The position numbers were made by a program, and so were the translations under genes. Source: Octopus vulgaris (taxonomy: Eukaryota). From it: a stretch of 64,000 nt of DNA. The stretch is from positions 23,808,001-23,872,000 of the forward strand of contig OX597831.1 in the NCBI GenBank assembly GCA_951406725.2. The letters run 5' to 3'. This document shows positions 13,137 to 26,322 of this stretch, piece after piece (position 1 is the stretch's first letter; each line of letters starts with the position of its first letter). The notes under the pieces were generated by a model. The model ran no database searches, was not told where the DNA came from, and saw only the letters and a list, made by a program, of their open reading frames with translations.

Positions 13137-13413
13137 CCGAAACAAATAATAATGGTATGTTTTTTTTTTAAGGAATTCTCAATGCTTTTGAAGGTAACTA
13201 GCATATTTACCCAAAAAAAAACTTCTGTCATTAGTTTCAAACTGATGAAAGAAGGTGTTGTTTCTTTAAAACCTAATCTTCACTAAGACTTAATCCTTAC
13301 TTAGTGACTATATCCTTTCAGCATATAATCCACCAGTCTGTAGCATCTACCACCAGTTTCACTACTTGCACAGATTTTTGTGCATCTCTGTCACCACCCA
13401 GCACCCAGTTCTA

Positions 13414-13503
13414 TTATTACCTCTGCCAAGGAAGGAAGTTAGGTTTTCATTGGCGTTGGTTTGTCCGTCTGTCCGTCTGTGTGCAAAATAACTCAAAAAG
13501 TTG
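13414..13503 (+). mobile_element. Helentron-associated (HINE/DINE-like) 5' fragment
   Basis: TTATTACCTCTGCCAAGG...GTTTGTCCGTCTGTCCGTCTG...ATAACTCAAAAAG; its subterminal motif is complementary to CCTTGGCAAAGGT at ~55533. Confidence 0.6.
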
Positions 13504-13572
13504 TCTCAGTCACTAGTCATTGCCTCGGTGAGGCCTAACGTTTGAAGGTCATGCTTCACCACCTCGTCCCCA
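13503..13572 (-). mobile_element. RTE ORF2 C-terminal fragment, inverted relative to the adjacent 3' UTR
   Basis: Minus-strand translation WDEVVKHDLQTLGLTEAMTSD. Confidence 0.7.
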
Positions 13573-13620
13573 TATATATATACATATATATATGTATATA
13601 TATACATACATATATATATA

Positions 13621-14074
13621 TGACCTGTTGAGGCAAGTGAAAATCAAAAAATCAAAATAGATGAACATCAATGGAATTTGTATCTTTGTGGTACCAGTGC
13701 CGGTGGCACACAAGAAAACTATCCGAACGTGGCCGTAGCCAGTACCGCATCGACTGGCCTCCGTGCTGTGGGCACGTAACAAACACCATCCGATCGTGGC
13801 CGTTCGCCTGCCTCATCTGGCACTTGTGTCGGTGGCACATAAAAAACACCATCCGAGCGTGGCCGTTCGCCAGCCTCGTCTGGCACCTGTGTCGGTGGCA
13901 CATAAAATCACCCACTACACTCTCGGAGTGGTTGGCGTTAGGAAGGGCATCCAGCTGTAGAAACACTGCCAGATCTGACTGACCTGGTGCAGCCTTCGGG
14001 CTCCCCAGACCCCAGTTGAACCGTCCAACCCATGCTAGCATGGAAAGCGGACGTTAAATGATGATGATGATGAT
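13621..14074 (+). mobile_element. RTE LINE 3' UTR with ~4 internal ~60-bp units
   Basis: Near-identical to 45637-46154. Confidence 0.85.
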
Positions 14075-14304
14075 ATATAATTTGTGTGTATGTATGTCTG
14101 TGTATATATATGTGTATGTTATCATCATCATTTAATGTCTGTTTCCCATACTGGGATGGGATGGACAGTGTATATATAGATATACGTACATATATATGTA
14201 TACATATGTATATATATATACATATATGTATGTGTGCTTTTGTATATATAGATATACATTTATATGAATATATACAAACATATATATGTGTGTACATATA
14301 TATA

Positions 14305-14341
<37 letters not shown>

Positions 14342-15206
14342 GCATATATATATATACATGCATATATATATATGTATGTATGTACATATATATCTGTGCA
14401 TTATATATAAATATATATATAATATATACATGCTTTATATATATAGATATATGTATGTATGTATACACACATTTACATGTGCACACACTCTTACACACAC
14501 ACAGAGTAAAAGACTGGCTTAAATAAAATACTCACACATGCTTCCACATACGAATTTCTGTCGGAAGAATTTAGATTTTTCAAAAGGCAGGAAGTCTATA
14601 ATTTCAAATAGGATGCTGATGTTAGAATTGAAGGAAAGAATCTTTCATGTAAGACTCTCTGAAATATATGTGAAGAATTATATAGTTTAATCTTGACTTG
14701 ATTACATAGTAAACACCTGTCAGATGTAAGGAGTACATATACATAATCATATGCATACATACATTTAAATGCACACACATTTGTGTGTGCATGTGTGTGT
14801 GTGTATTTATGTGCATGCATGTACATATGCATAGAAAATGTATAAGTACATACAAAATCTCTCTCTATATATATACATTTATACATACATGTGTATGTGT
14901 ATACAAGTGTACATATATATATAAATATATATATGTTTGTATGTATGTATGTATGTATGTATGTATGTATGTATGTATGTATGTATGTATGTATGTATGT
15001 ATGTATATGTGTGTGTGTGTATGTGTGCATGTGTGTATGCATGTGCATATGCATAAAAAATGCATAAGTACATACAAAAATCTCTATATACATGCATTTA
15101 TATATGTGTGTGAGTGTGTATACATGTGTATATATACATATATATATGTATGTGTGTGTGTATGTATGTGTGAGTGTGTGCATGACTGTCTGTAGATATC
15201 TATATA

Positions 15207-15371
15207 GGCACAGGAGTGGCTGCGTGGTAAGTAGCTTGCTTACCAACCACATGTTTTCAGGTTCGTTCCCACTGCATGGCACTTTTGGCAAGTGTCTTCT
15301 ACTATAGCCTCGGGCCTTCCAAAGTCTTGTGAGTGGATTTGGAAGACGGAAACTGAAAGAAACCCGTCGTA

Positions 15372-15432
<61 letters not shown>

Positions 15433-15648
15433 ATATGTTTGTGTGACTGTGTTTGTCCCCCAAACATCGCTTGACAACCGATGGTGGTGTGTTTACGTCC
15501 CCGTAACTTAGCGGTTCTGCAAAATAGACCAATAGAATAAGTACTAGGGTTACAAAGAATAAGTCCTGGTGTCGATTTGCTCGACTAAAAGTGGTGCTCC
15601 AGCATGGGAGCAGTCAAATGACTGAAACAAGTAAAAGAGTAAAGGAGT
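15207..15648 (+). mobile_element. tRNA-derived CORE-type SINE (octopus OR-like) with internal (TA)n and a CR1-type tail
   Basis: Head GGCACAGGAGTGGCTGCGTGGTAAG..GGTTCGTTCCC; GGCAAGTGTCTTCTACTATAGCC; tail GTGCTCCAGCATGG..CAGTCAAATGACTGAAACAAGTAAAAGAG. Confidence 0.85.
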
Positions 15649-16689
15649 CCGAAAAAGAAATCAGTGAATTTAGGCTTGTGTCTGCTTACAATTTGACCAG
15701 TTCTTGAAAACAATATACACCTTGATTTATACTTATTCAGTAAGATACAAAAATACACTATCAATATCCAGCACAAGTTCACACACTCAAACAAAAGAAT
15801 TGTCGACATATTTAAACTAATGAACCAATACATTCACCAGATGAATTTTGAATTCATTCATCTTGACTTTCCATTTAATATTCTAATAATGCTTTATTAT
15901 AATTTAAATGCACAAAGTTAGATGAAAGGCGTTCATATTCTATGGCTTTTTTAGGGAATCAAATGGCTGAATCTGAAAACTATAAAATACATCAGAAAGG
16001 CTTTCTACAATTTACCTAATTACATAAAATCACAACAGGTAGGTAAGGTTGCAAGTGTGTAAGGAGATGGTGACTGAGATGTTGGGAGGTATGAAGGTTG
16101 TGAATGTCATGAACAGTGAATAAATGTGGTGTGGTCAATGAAGGAGATACAATGGTTGGATGTCAATTGGGGTTAGCTCAGTGGAGAGTGAACAGTGACT
16201 GACAGGGGAGAAATTGTGGTATGAAATGGTTTGTAGTAACGGGTTCTAATTCCATTGCTTACGGCAGCCAAATATTAGTGCAAATAAGAGAGAAATGTAA
16301 GTGGTGGTGGTGAGGGATGAAGTTAAAGTGTGCAAAAGTCTGGAGAGAAGTGGGATATGGATAAAACAAGGGCTGGGGTGGACACTGGTAAAAATTAATG
16401 GTAAACATAGGTGGGGGTCATTCATTGTAAGAATGAGGGATGGTTGTCAATAGGAAGTGGCTCAAGAGACGAACCCAGTTGTCTGGGTTGTGAAAAGGGG
16501 AGGAAGAATGGGAAAAGGAGAAAAAAAGTAGCACTTGTGAATTTGATAGGGTGTCTGTTTGAGAGACCCAGACGTGTACATAGACATACTTCCACAACCT
16601 CAATTGTGTGCATATACATTATGCTTTCAGAATTTCAGTTGCGCCATGCTGGCATGGCTTGTTGAAGGTTCTTGAGTACTGCACACTGT

Positions 16690-17180
16690 TTGCTTGTGAA
16701 GACCTGTTGAGGCAAGTGAAATCAAAATCAAATTCAATGACAGCACCGCATGACTGGCATCTGTGCTAGTGGAGCGCTAAGAGCACCATTCGAGCGTAAT
16801 TGTTGCCAGGGCAGCTGACTGGCTCCCATGCCGGTGGCACGTAAAAAGCACCATTCAAGCATGATCATTACCAGCATCGCCTTACTGGCACTTGTGCCAG
16901 TGGTACATAAAAAACATTCGAGTGAGGGCATTGCTAGTGCTGCAGGACTGGCTCCTGTGCAGGTGGCACATAAAAAGCACCATTTGAGCATGGCCATTGC
17001 CAGTACTGCCTGACTGGCATGTAATAGCACCCACTACTCTCTCAGAGTGTAGGAAGGGCATCCAGCTGTAGAAACTCTGCTAGATCAGATTGGAGCCTGG
17101 TGCAGCCATCTGGCTCACCAGTTCCCAGTCAAACCATCCAACCCATGCCAGCATGGAAAGCAGACGTTAAACGATGATGT
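16690..17180 (+). mobile_element. RTE LINE 3' UTR copy (diverged subfamily, ~4 units)
   Basis: GAAGACCTGTTGAGGCAAGTG start, repeated GGTGGCACGTAAAAAGCACC, (GAT) tail. Confidence 0.8.
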
Positions 17181-18532
17181 TGACACACACACACACAAAG
17201 CATACATGCACACACATATACACACACATTTCACCATCTCTCTCTCTCTCTCTCTCTCACTCTCTCTCTCTCTCCTCCTTCTCTCTCCAACTCAGGCAAA
17301 CGTATTCCCCCTCTAATTCAAGGTTCTTGTTTTCTGTCTCACAATACTACAGTCCCTTCAGCCGCGGGTTTCTTGTCTTGCAATTTACTGTTGGTGCCAT
17401 GTAAAAAGCATTGAATACATTTTATAGTGGTTGGCATTTGGAGTGGCATCCAGCCATTGAAAACATGGCAAAGCATACAGCAGTACTTAGTGCTGTCTTC
17501 TGACTAAGCTGTTCCTGTAGAATTCATCCAACCCATACCAGCATGGAAAATAAATATTGAAATATGATGATTATGACACTACAAAGACATATATATATAT
17601 ATATAATTATGTTGAAAGAGAGACAGAGACGCACAGACACACAGAGATAGAGAGATGGATATAATTAATTTCCTTATTAACTTCATCATTTATGCTAATC
17701 AGCATAATTAATATTTATTATTGTAATTATAGATAAAATTTCATTTTAGCTATTGTGAGTCACTTTTCATAAATTTCTCTAAAAATCCACCTTTTATTCT
17801 CTCCCTCTGTCTCTTTCAGTCTGTGTCCTTCCTTCATAGACTCAACCCGCCCACACACACACATACGCGCACACACACACACACAGACACACACACACAC
17901 ACACACACACACAACTACCAACCTCACTTTCCGGATACACCATAACAGTATCGTAAGTAATAACACCACTGCTGACTTCATTAGCTCAAGCTAATTAAAG
18001 CGCCTCTAAATCAATTCATCCAGCTGCTAGAAATAGCAAACAGATCTCCCTCAAATATCTATCTTAATGACAAATAATATACTATATAAAATAATCCTAA
18101 AAGCTTTTAAAAAAACAATTCCTATAATTCCTTTTATCTTGGCTTTATTTTGATCTGGGCTGATCTGGGGCTAAACAATACCAAACCCATTATCTCTACC
18201 CACACACAGGAACTTTTTGTCATTCTTCTTTTGTCTAATTCCTTTACAAATAATGGTTGTACATGACTTAGTCTTTTCTTTAATCCTAGTATTGCGTTTT
18301 GTCTTTTATAAAGACTAAGCACATCTCAATCACTGTCTCTGGCTGCATCAAATATTTGAAAAGTCAAATTTTCTAATATAGTATTTGCTACATATAAAGG
18401 CGGTGCTCCAGCATGGCCACAGCCAAATGACTTAAACTAGTAAAAGAGTATATAGGCACAAACGTGGCTGTATAGTTAGAATTTTACTTCCCCCCACCTT
18501 CCATATGGTTCTGGGTTTAGTTCTATATTTAA

Positions 18533-18753
18533 CCCTTTCGTTACTGAATTCATTTTGAGATGCTCAGTGTTTCTTCCAATTATTTTAAATATAACAAAGA
18601 ATTAAGTAAAATAACTTAGTTATCATTAAGCTAGAGTTAGGGACATAAATTATGACTAAGGTTTGGTGGAAGGTTTTAATTCAGAACTTTTGAAAACCAG
18701 ACATTTGTACTAAAGAGCCAGAGCCGGTTTCAGCCGGGTTGGTAACAAAAGGG
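18533..18753. mobile_element. piggyBac-type MITE with TTAA TSD
   Basis: TTAA(18529-32)-CCCTTTCGTTAC...GTAACAAAAGGG-TTAA(18754-57); 221 bp, non-coding. Confidence 0.85.
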
Positions 18754-18779
18754 TTAAGAGATGAGGAATTATATACACT

Positions 18780-18933
18780 GGCATATGGCATAGTGGTTAA
18801 GAGCATGGGCTACTAACCCCAAGATTCCGAGTTCGATTCCTAGCAGTGACCTGAATAATAATAATAATAATAATAATGATAATAAAGATAATGATAACAT
18901 CGAAAAAATACCTTAAGAATGAGAACCCAGGTT
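18780..18933 (+). mobile_element. tRNA-headed SINE of the hammerhead-tail family, 3'-truncated
   Basis: Head GGCATATGGCATAGTGGTTAAGAGC...GAGTTCGATTCC, then (TAA)n, then AAAAATACCTTAAGAATGAGAACCCAGGTT as in the 26323-26634 copy. Confidence 0.8.
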
Positions 18934-19397
18934 AAAGACACAAAGAGTATACATGTCTGTGGAGTGCCCTGCCATATGCATTTTAATTTCATGAGCAGGC
19001 TGTTACATTGATAGAACCAACTGGAACATTCACCAACAATACTAACGGAGTGCCAGAACATGCTACTACACATATATCATTGTGTTGTCACTCTGGACTT
19101 TTTATTCTTATGTACCTTATTCAAGGAAATTCAGTAGAGTTGAGCCTCTTCCTCAGTAGGCAATATTTATAGAAATCTTTCAATTGATACTGCAAGCTAG
19201 AAAAACGTTTATTAAATATATATATATGTGTGTGCATGTGTGTGTGTGAGTCGCCTAAGAGTTCATAAGTCAGGGAAAAGATGTTCCCATTGTATTCCTA
19301 GCATGAGACCAATTCATAAATCAGCCATGATGGATTTGCATTTCACTGTGCATTTCAGATGTTATATATATATATATATATATATATTTATTTATTT

Positions 19398-19888
19398 ATC
19401 ATCATCATTGTTTATTGTCCATTTTCTATGCTAGCACGGGTTGGACGGTTCGACCAGGGTCTGGGAAGCCAGGAGGCTGCACCAGGCTCCAGACTGATCT
19501 GGCAGTGTTTCTACAGCTGGATGCCCTTCCTAACGCCAACCACTCCGTGAGTGTAGTGGGTGCTTTTTACATGCCACCGGCACAGAAGCCAGTCAAGATG
19601 GCACTGGCATTGGTCACGTTCGGATGGTGCTTTTTATGTGCCACCAGCACAGGTATCACAACTACAATTTCCATTTGATAGTTATTTTGATGTTGATGTA
19701 CTTGACTCAATAGGTCTCCTCAAGCACAGCATATCACCCTATGATCCAAGGTAAGCACAGCAGGTCGTTTTGCAATCTAAGGTACTTTGGATGGGCTGGG
19801 GCTATGCAAAACTGGTGCAGGAAACGGCCATGAACTCACATTATTTGTTGGGTCTTTGCAGTCACAGCATATCTCCAGAGATCTCGAC
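19398..19888 (-). mobile_element. RTE LINE 3' end including the last ORF2 codons
   Basis: Minus-strand RDLWRYAVTAKT at ~19850-19888 continues into the family UTR and (GAT) tail. Confidence 0.8.
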
Positions 19889-21463
19889 ACACATAGTCTT
19901 GCATTTCACTTCAATGTTAAGCTGAACCCTGCCCATGGAACCCCTTTACAACAAGGTAGACTGGGCTGTTTGCGAAATAAGAAACACACCAAGAACTCAA
20001 TCTACCAAAATATGTCAGCTCAAGCTATAAAACAACTCTATTGACAACGTTCAAAGTATTGATCCATTTATTGATAATCAGACACATTATTGATTCAACC
20101 TTGTTCCTGTTCTAAAATCGATTTAAAAGAATTAAAAAAAGCAACAACCTAAACAATAGAAATAACAGCAATACGAAAACAAATTGCTTAACAAACTAGC
20201 TCATTTGTCTTAATCATCATTTGACCTACCTTGTGTTCACTCACTCTATCTCTCCAATAATTACCTGCTGCTGTTTCCTTTGCTTGTTACCATCATCCAT
20301 TCTCATCCATTATTGGCAGTAACTGTAATGGTTATATGTCTAATTGGCTTGCTATTATTCACGTTCTATGAGTCAATACCACCTGAATCATTTGTTCTGA
20401 TTTTTGCTGTCACCTTATTGATTTAATCTCGAAATTCAGTTCTTCTAAAGTGTTCAGAAATTGGTGCACATCTCACACAAAACACATTTTCTAAGTTTTC
20501 ATTTTTTGTGTGGATATATATCTATGTGTCCAAGTGTATATATGGGCATATATTAATGCATGTGTGTGTGTATTTTTTCTTTTTCTTTTTTTTTGTTTGG
20601 TTGTGCTTTATATTTTTAAAGTTTATTTTATCTTCTTTGTTGTTTGTTATATTTTCACCTATGGATGTTTATTGAATTATCAAAGTGACTTATGATGCCT
20701 AGAATTTCTTTATCTTTAGCATCACTGACTAAAGAATCAGCATTAATGGCTTCATGAATGGCATGTGTTACATTGCTATGGTTTTCTTTCTCTATACTTG
20801 CTTTGTTTATTTTTTCTTCAGTCTCTAAAGAATAGTACTGAATATGGAAATATCTGGTACCAGTGGCATCAAATATAGCAATGTTTGGAGCAGTGATATT
20901 CTGGAATGGATGAGTAGATTAGTTGTGGGTGGTCGTGCTATTACTGTTTGTCTGCTGTTGTTGAGGTGACTGATCTTTAGCCCCAAATAAGCCTTGAGAG
21001 TAAAGATTTATGATCAAAAGTAATCTAGTCATAACCATCTTGTTGTAGTAATTTTTTTACTCATTTTTTTTAATGCAGTATATTGCAGAATGCCTTTTAT
21101 AATGTTCTTATTTTAAGCTACGATGTGGCCTGAAGAAGATTTAGCACTTATTTCTAGCAGCACAAAAACTCATCAAGACTTTTCTCTTCTTGGTTGCTAT
21201 TGCTGTAATTGTGATGGGTGCTGTATAATCTTAGTCGTCTCTACATTCCAAGGAGGGGATGGGGCAACTGTCTTTCATTGTAGTCTCAGATTAATTCCTA
21301 TTTTCTTAATAAAATTTGGTTGATGAAAACTATGCAGTAATGCTGAAGATGGGTGTGGACTAGAGAGGGTATATATGTATATGTGCATGTCTGTGTGAAA
21401 CTATATGGTCCTGTTGGGCCATCTAAACCTTGATAGTTAATATATATGTATATGAATGTATGA

Positions 21464-21504
<41 letters not shown>

Positions 21505-21505
<1 letters not shown>

Positions 21506-21841
21506 TGAGACCCCCTTCGGTCACGACTGACCATGGGATTGCACCTAGAAAGTTACCCCTCCCAGGCACAAGTCCAGGCAAGGTTGTTTATGGAAGACCA
21601 GCAGTCACCCATGCATACCAGCCTCCCCTCTCCACGCCACCAGTGTTATCCAAGGGAAAGGCAAAGGGGCCGATACAGTTTGACACCCGTGATGTTGCAA
21701 CTCATTTCTACAGCTGAGTGAACTGGAGCAACGTCAAATAAAGTGTCTTGCTCAAGAACACAACACACAGCCCGGTCCAGGATTCGAGCTCACAACCTCA
21801 TGATCATAAGCTCGATGCTCTAACCACTGAGCCATGTGCCT

Positions 21842-21843
<2 letters not shown>
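21505..21843 (-). mobile_element. tRNA-derived CORE-type SINE
   Basis: Reverse complement of the 10040-10625 family. Confidence 0.85.
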
Positions 21844-21911
<68 letters not shown>

Positions 21912-22817
21912 GGTATGTAGAAAAATACAACATGGACAAGAACGTATAACTCTTAGAAGACGACACAATAAACACGGACAGGACATTCGAAACCCTCAGT
22001 CTTCAGTCAAGAACCGGATCATCGTAGTAATTTCGGCTGATTAATCTTGAGATTACTAGATCACGGCCAGCCCTCCAAGAAAAACCAAGCAACGAGCATT
22101 AGAAAAACTAAGCTTGAAGCGTAGATTTCCTGGAAGAAGGATCGAATGCATACGAACACCAGGACAGCAAAAGGGACAGATATAAAAAAACAAAAAAACA
22201 ATAATGGAATACAGAAACATGAAATACAGAAGCATTAACGGTGAAAACAACAGTGTCTTACGACTGATAACAAGCAAACAAATTTTTTCTCTGGCGCAAT
22301 GGAAAAAGCCTTTATAGTGGCGGACGAAAACAGCGATGTTAACAAGACGAGGGTCAGAAGCTGAAAGGCAGATTTCGGCCAACAGTCACGTGACAGAGAA
22401 GAGGGAAAAGAAAAGAAAGAGAAGCAAAGGAAGAGAGAGAGAGAGAGAGAGAGAGAGGAGGGACAAACGCAACAAAGAGAGAGAAAGAGAGAGAAAGAAG
22501 GAATCAGAGAGGAGAAGGGATGGGTGTCGAAGAATGACCTGTGAGTGCAGAGCGAGACAAAGAAATAGGAGGGTAGTGGAAGACTAGACCAAAGAATCAG
22601 AGGAAAGAGAAGAGAAAAAGAGGATGAGTAGAGAGAAAAGAGAGAGAGGGGGACAGATCAAGTAAAAATGAGAGAGAGAGAGAGAGACAAACAGAGAGTC
22701 GTACCAATTATTAAGAATATGTGCTCACATAAATGTTAAGGGGGGTACGGGGCGCCTAAAACGGTAAGATAACAAAAGAAAGAGACCTCGATATTATGTA
22801 AATATAGGAAATTCATT

Positions 22818-22948
22818 TGTAAAATAATATGTGACAATTATTCAATAGCCAAGATAACCGAAGAGATAGTGTTGTGGATTTCCACCTCGGAATCCGAAAC
22901 TCAGAGTTTTATCTTGGCTATTGAATAATTGTCACATATTATTTTACA
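22818..22948 (+). mobile_element. perfect 40-bp inverted repeat enclosing a hammerhead-like motif (PLE-type terminal remnant)
   Basis: 22818-22857 is the exact reverse complement of 22909-22948; the spacer holds CCGAAGA...GGATT-TCCACCTCGG-AATCC-GAAAC-TC. Confidence 0.65.
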
Positions 22949-22996
22949 GATATATATACATACATAGGCATAAAGATTATATATACATATATTACA

Positions 22997-23047
<51 letters not shown>

Positions 23048-23799
23048 ACTTTATTTGTGAGTTAACAAGGCAGCCAATAGTTTCATGTGATTACAGAGAG
23101 AGAGAGTGGAGGGAGAGAAAGAGGTTATATAAGGAAGAAGGGAACAAGGACTTATGTAGTGAAGTTCATTCCATAATTTCTTGTTCCTTTGTCATTTATA
23201 TAATTTCTTATTACACTCTGTACTTATTTAGCACTTATTTCTGAAGCATATTCTGAGATCTTAACTACCATTATTCCTAAGTGAAATATTAAAATATATA
23301 AGTATATATATATATATATATGTGTGTGTTGATGAAATTATATTTAGCACCAAGAAAATTCTAATATTACGTCAAATTGTTTCATAACTGAAAATCATGT
23401 AAATAGTTTATATTATTCTATTTAATATTAAATAAATTACTTACATGTCAGCATTAATGTAAAATGCAAGCAAATCCTTCAAAACAATGCAGAAATTAAG
23501 TTATGTCTTCAAGTGAAACAAAGTCTTTGTTAAATCGTCATTTATAAATTTATACATTCCTTATCGTTTTCTCATATTGTACTATATATTCTACATGTTT
23601 TGTAGAGTGATACATTAAGGAGCTGGAGCTTTTTTTTTTCACTAGTACTACCAGATTACATGACTCCAGATATTGTTACATGAAGTTATACATTTATAAA
23701 TATACTTTTGTACATTTATAAATGAGAAAATGAACAAAATAAATAAAATTGACTTACAGATGTTTTTTATTTAAAAACATTCAAATTCATACAAAGAAA

Positions 23800-23908
23800 T
23801 TCCCACCTACAGCTGTTTCTACACCGACTCAATTCAATTGCAGGAATAAAATTCAATTAAAATTTCCATATTAAAAAACCAGTCAATTGGGTATTTCCTC
23901 AGGGAGAA
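23800..23908 (-). ncRNA. putative type I hammerhead ribozyme (PLE-type, long stem II)
   Basis: Minus strand: CC-CTGAGGA-AATACC...GGTGTA-GAAA-CAGCTG-TA-GG with a palindromic stem III. Confidence 0.45.
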
Positions 23909-24010
23909 TTTCAAAAGGACATTGTAGGCTAACCTACAACAAACTCTAAGCAGATGCTCGCACCCCTTAAGGGAATTTAGTTCCTTGTTTTGATAAAATA
24001 TTCAGATATA

Positions 24011-24043
<33 letters not shown>

Positions 24044-24776
24044 GTATGTATATTATATATATATATGTAGGTATATTATATATATATATATATGTGTATA
24101 TATATGATTAGGGCCAGCATTCAGACTAACTCCATGTTGCTTTTGCTTTTTTACACTTTTTTATGTTTCATTCCCTTATTTTGTTTTTTTTTGGGGTTTC
24201 TTTTCTATTCTACTTTATCCTTATCTTTTTCTCTCTCTTTCCACTCGGCATTCTACTCCGAACAAAGGGCAATGTTTGAAACATTATAACAATTTACTCT
24301 TTCCATTTCACTAAGCCTCAAGCTAATAATTTTAATCATGAACATACCTTGTCTAGGTTGTTTTTTTTTTAAATTTGTTTGTTTTGCCTTCTTTCACTTA
24401 CGTGACATTGCTTACATATACTTGTGCATGCACATACATTTGCATGTGTGTGCACATAGATACATGTGTGTTTGTTGGTTATATAATGGTAGTTATATCA
24501 CAGTTAAATGAAATAAGTTTTTAGAGTTTCATATTTTTAGGATATCCTTAGTGTAATCAGCGAATGATAAGAATGCGGTATTAGAACTGCCAACCTCAAA
24601 GATTGAATTCCCATTTCACTGTTGTGATTTATTTATATTTTGCATTCAGGATAAAGTAACTTTAGGCGGGGTGGAGTTTGTTCTCCATTTACATATATGT
24701 GTGCATTTACATGCACACATATAAACTACTGTAATTATCAGAATGTTTGTTGTAATGTATTTATATATATATATAT

Positions 24777-24843
<67 letters not shown>

Positions 24844-24994
24844 CTTTATTTAAAAGCAGCAGAAAATATAACAAAAGCTGTTACTTAGAGTGCTTTTAAA
24901 TAAAGCATATTACTCTACCTCTGGTATTGGAGTACTCTTTTTTCCACTTTGTTTCACATTTATATGCTTAATCCGGTATATGTATGTATGTATG

Positions 24995-25037
<43 letters not shown>

Positions 25038-25038
25038 T

Positions 25039-25082
<44 letters not shown>

Positions 25083-25169
25083 CATGTATATATATGTATA
25101 TTTATGTTTCACGCTGCTGTCTTCATAAGTATCCAGGTTTGAATATGCACATATATGCTTGCTTATATA

Positions 25170-25229
<60 letters not shown>

Positions 25230-25253
25230 CACACACACACACACACTATCTCC

Positions 25254-25287
<34 letters not shown>

Positions 25288-26322
25288 TTCACTCTCACAC
25301 ACATGTATAAATATATATATATACTGACATACATTCACAAATGCAGACATACACACACACACTCACACACACACACACACACACACAAACACTCTCTCTC
25401 TCTCTCTCTCACATGTATAAATCTATATATACTGACATACTTTCACAAATGCAAACACACACTCACACACACACATACATATGCATAAATATATACTGAC
25501 ATACTGTCACAAATGCACACACACACACACACACTCACACACACACACATACACTCACACACACACACGCACACACACACACACACACACATTCACATAC
25601 ATCCATAATCATGCTTATATTATGAATATCAACACCAAAATGGTTTATTCTTATCCAAACAAATCTTTAAGCAATCATAATCAGTTTCTGTTTACTTAAC
25701 AGCAGAGGACACTGTTTAAGAGATGCGAGCAATTACTCCATCATTGTTTGTTTGTTTTTGGTATTTTTCTCCCCCACCCCACACCCCACCCCCGTACAAC
25801 CCGGGGAGGGCAGCAGAGAGGAGTTGCCCAGTTTGTTTTTGATCTCTCACCTGCACTTACAAATCACACTGTTTATGGCATTTACAGTGTTCATGACTAA
25901 ATTTGTCTGCCCCCCCCCCCCCGTATTCCTATTAAAAATTCTATGAATGAATGAAGGAAACCCAAGATTGATGTGATGTCTCATACTGAGGTCAAATACA
26001 TAAGAAAGGTCAAAGTGTAATTACACCCGTAGTTGTTGACCACTTTTAACCTCGCAGTATGGAGCTAGATGAATAAAACAAAAAAATACATAAATATTTT
26101 TGAAACTTCTGTAATTTGGAGTTGGTGTGGGTGTATATATATATGTTACAGAAAACAGCATGTCATTAAGTCGGAGTCCCCCCTCCAGTCTAAATACTAA
26201 AAGCTTAATTGCTGTATATTAACCCGTAAAAATAAGTTTATTTAACACTTTAGCTTTCATAATATTAATGATATTCATTATCGGACATAAATTTCATTTG
26301 TTCAATCAACTAAGCTACTTTA

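Noticed and set aside
14596-15477. 293-aa minus-strand ORF
   Set aside because: Composed of SINE sequence plus (TA)/(CA)/(TACA) repeats.
16020-16560. Decayed LINE endonuclease/RT (also 11800-12800, 20200-20480, 41450-41750)
   Set aside because: Strand-skewed composition suggests old LINEs, but the motifs are too degraded to support a call.
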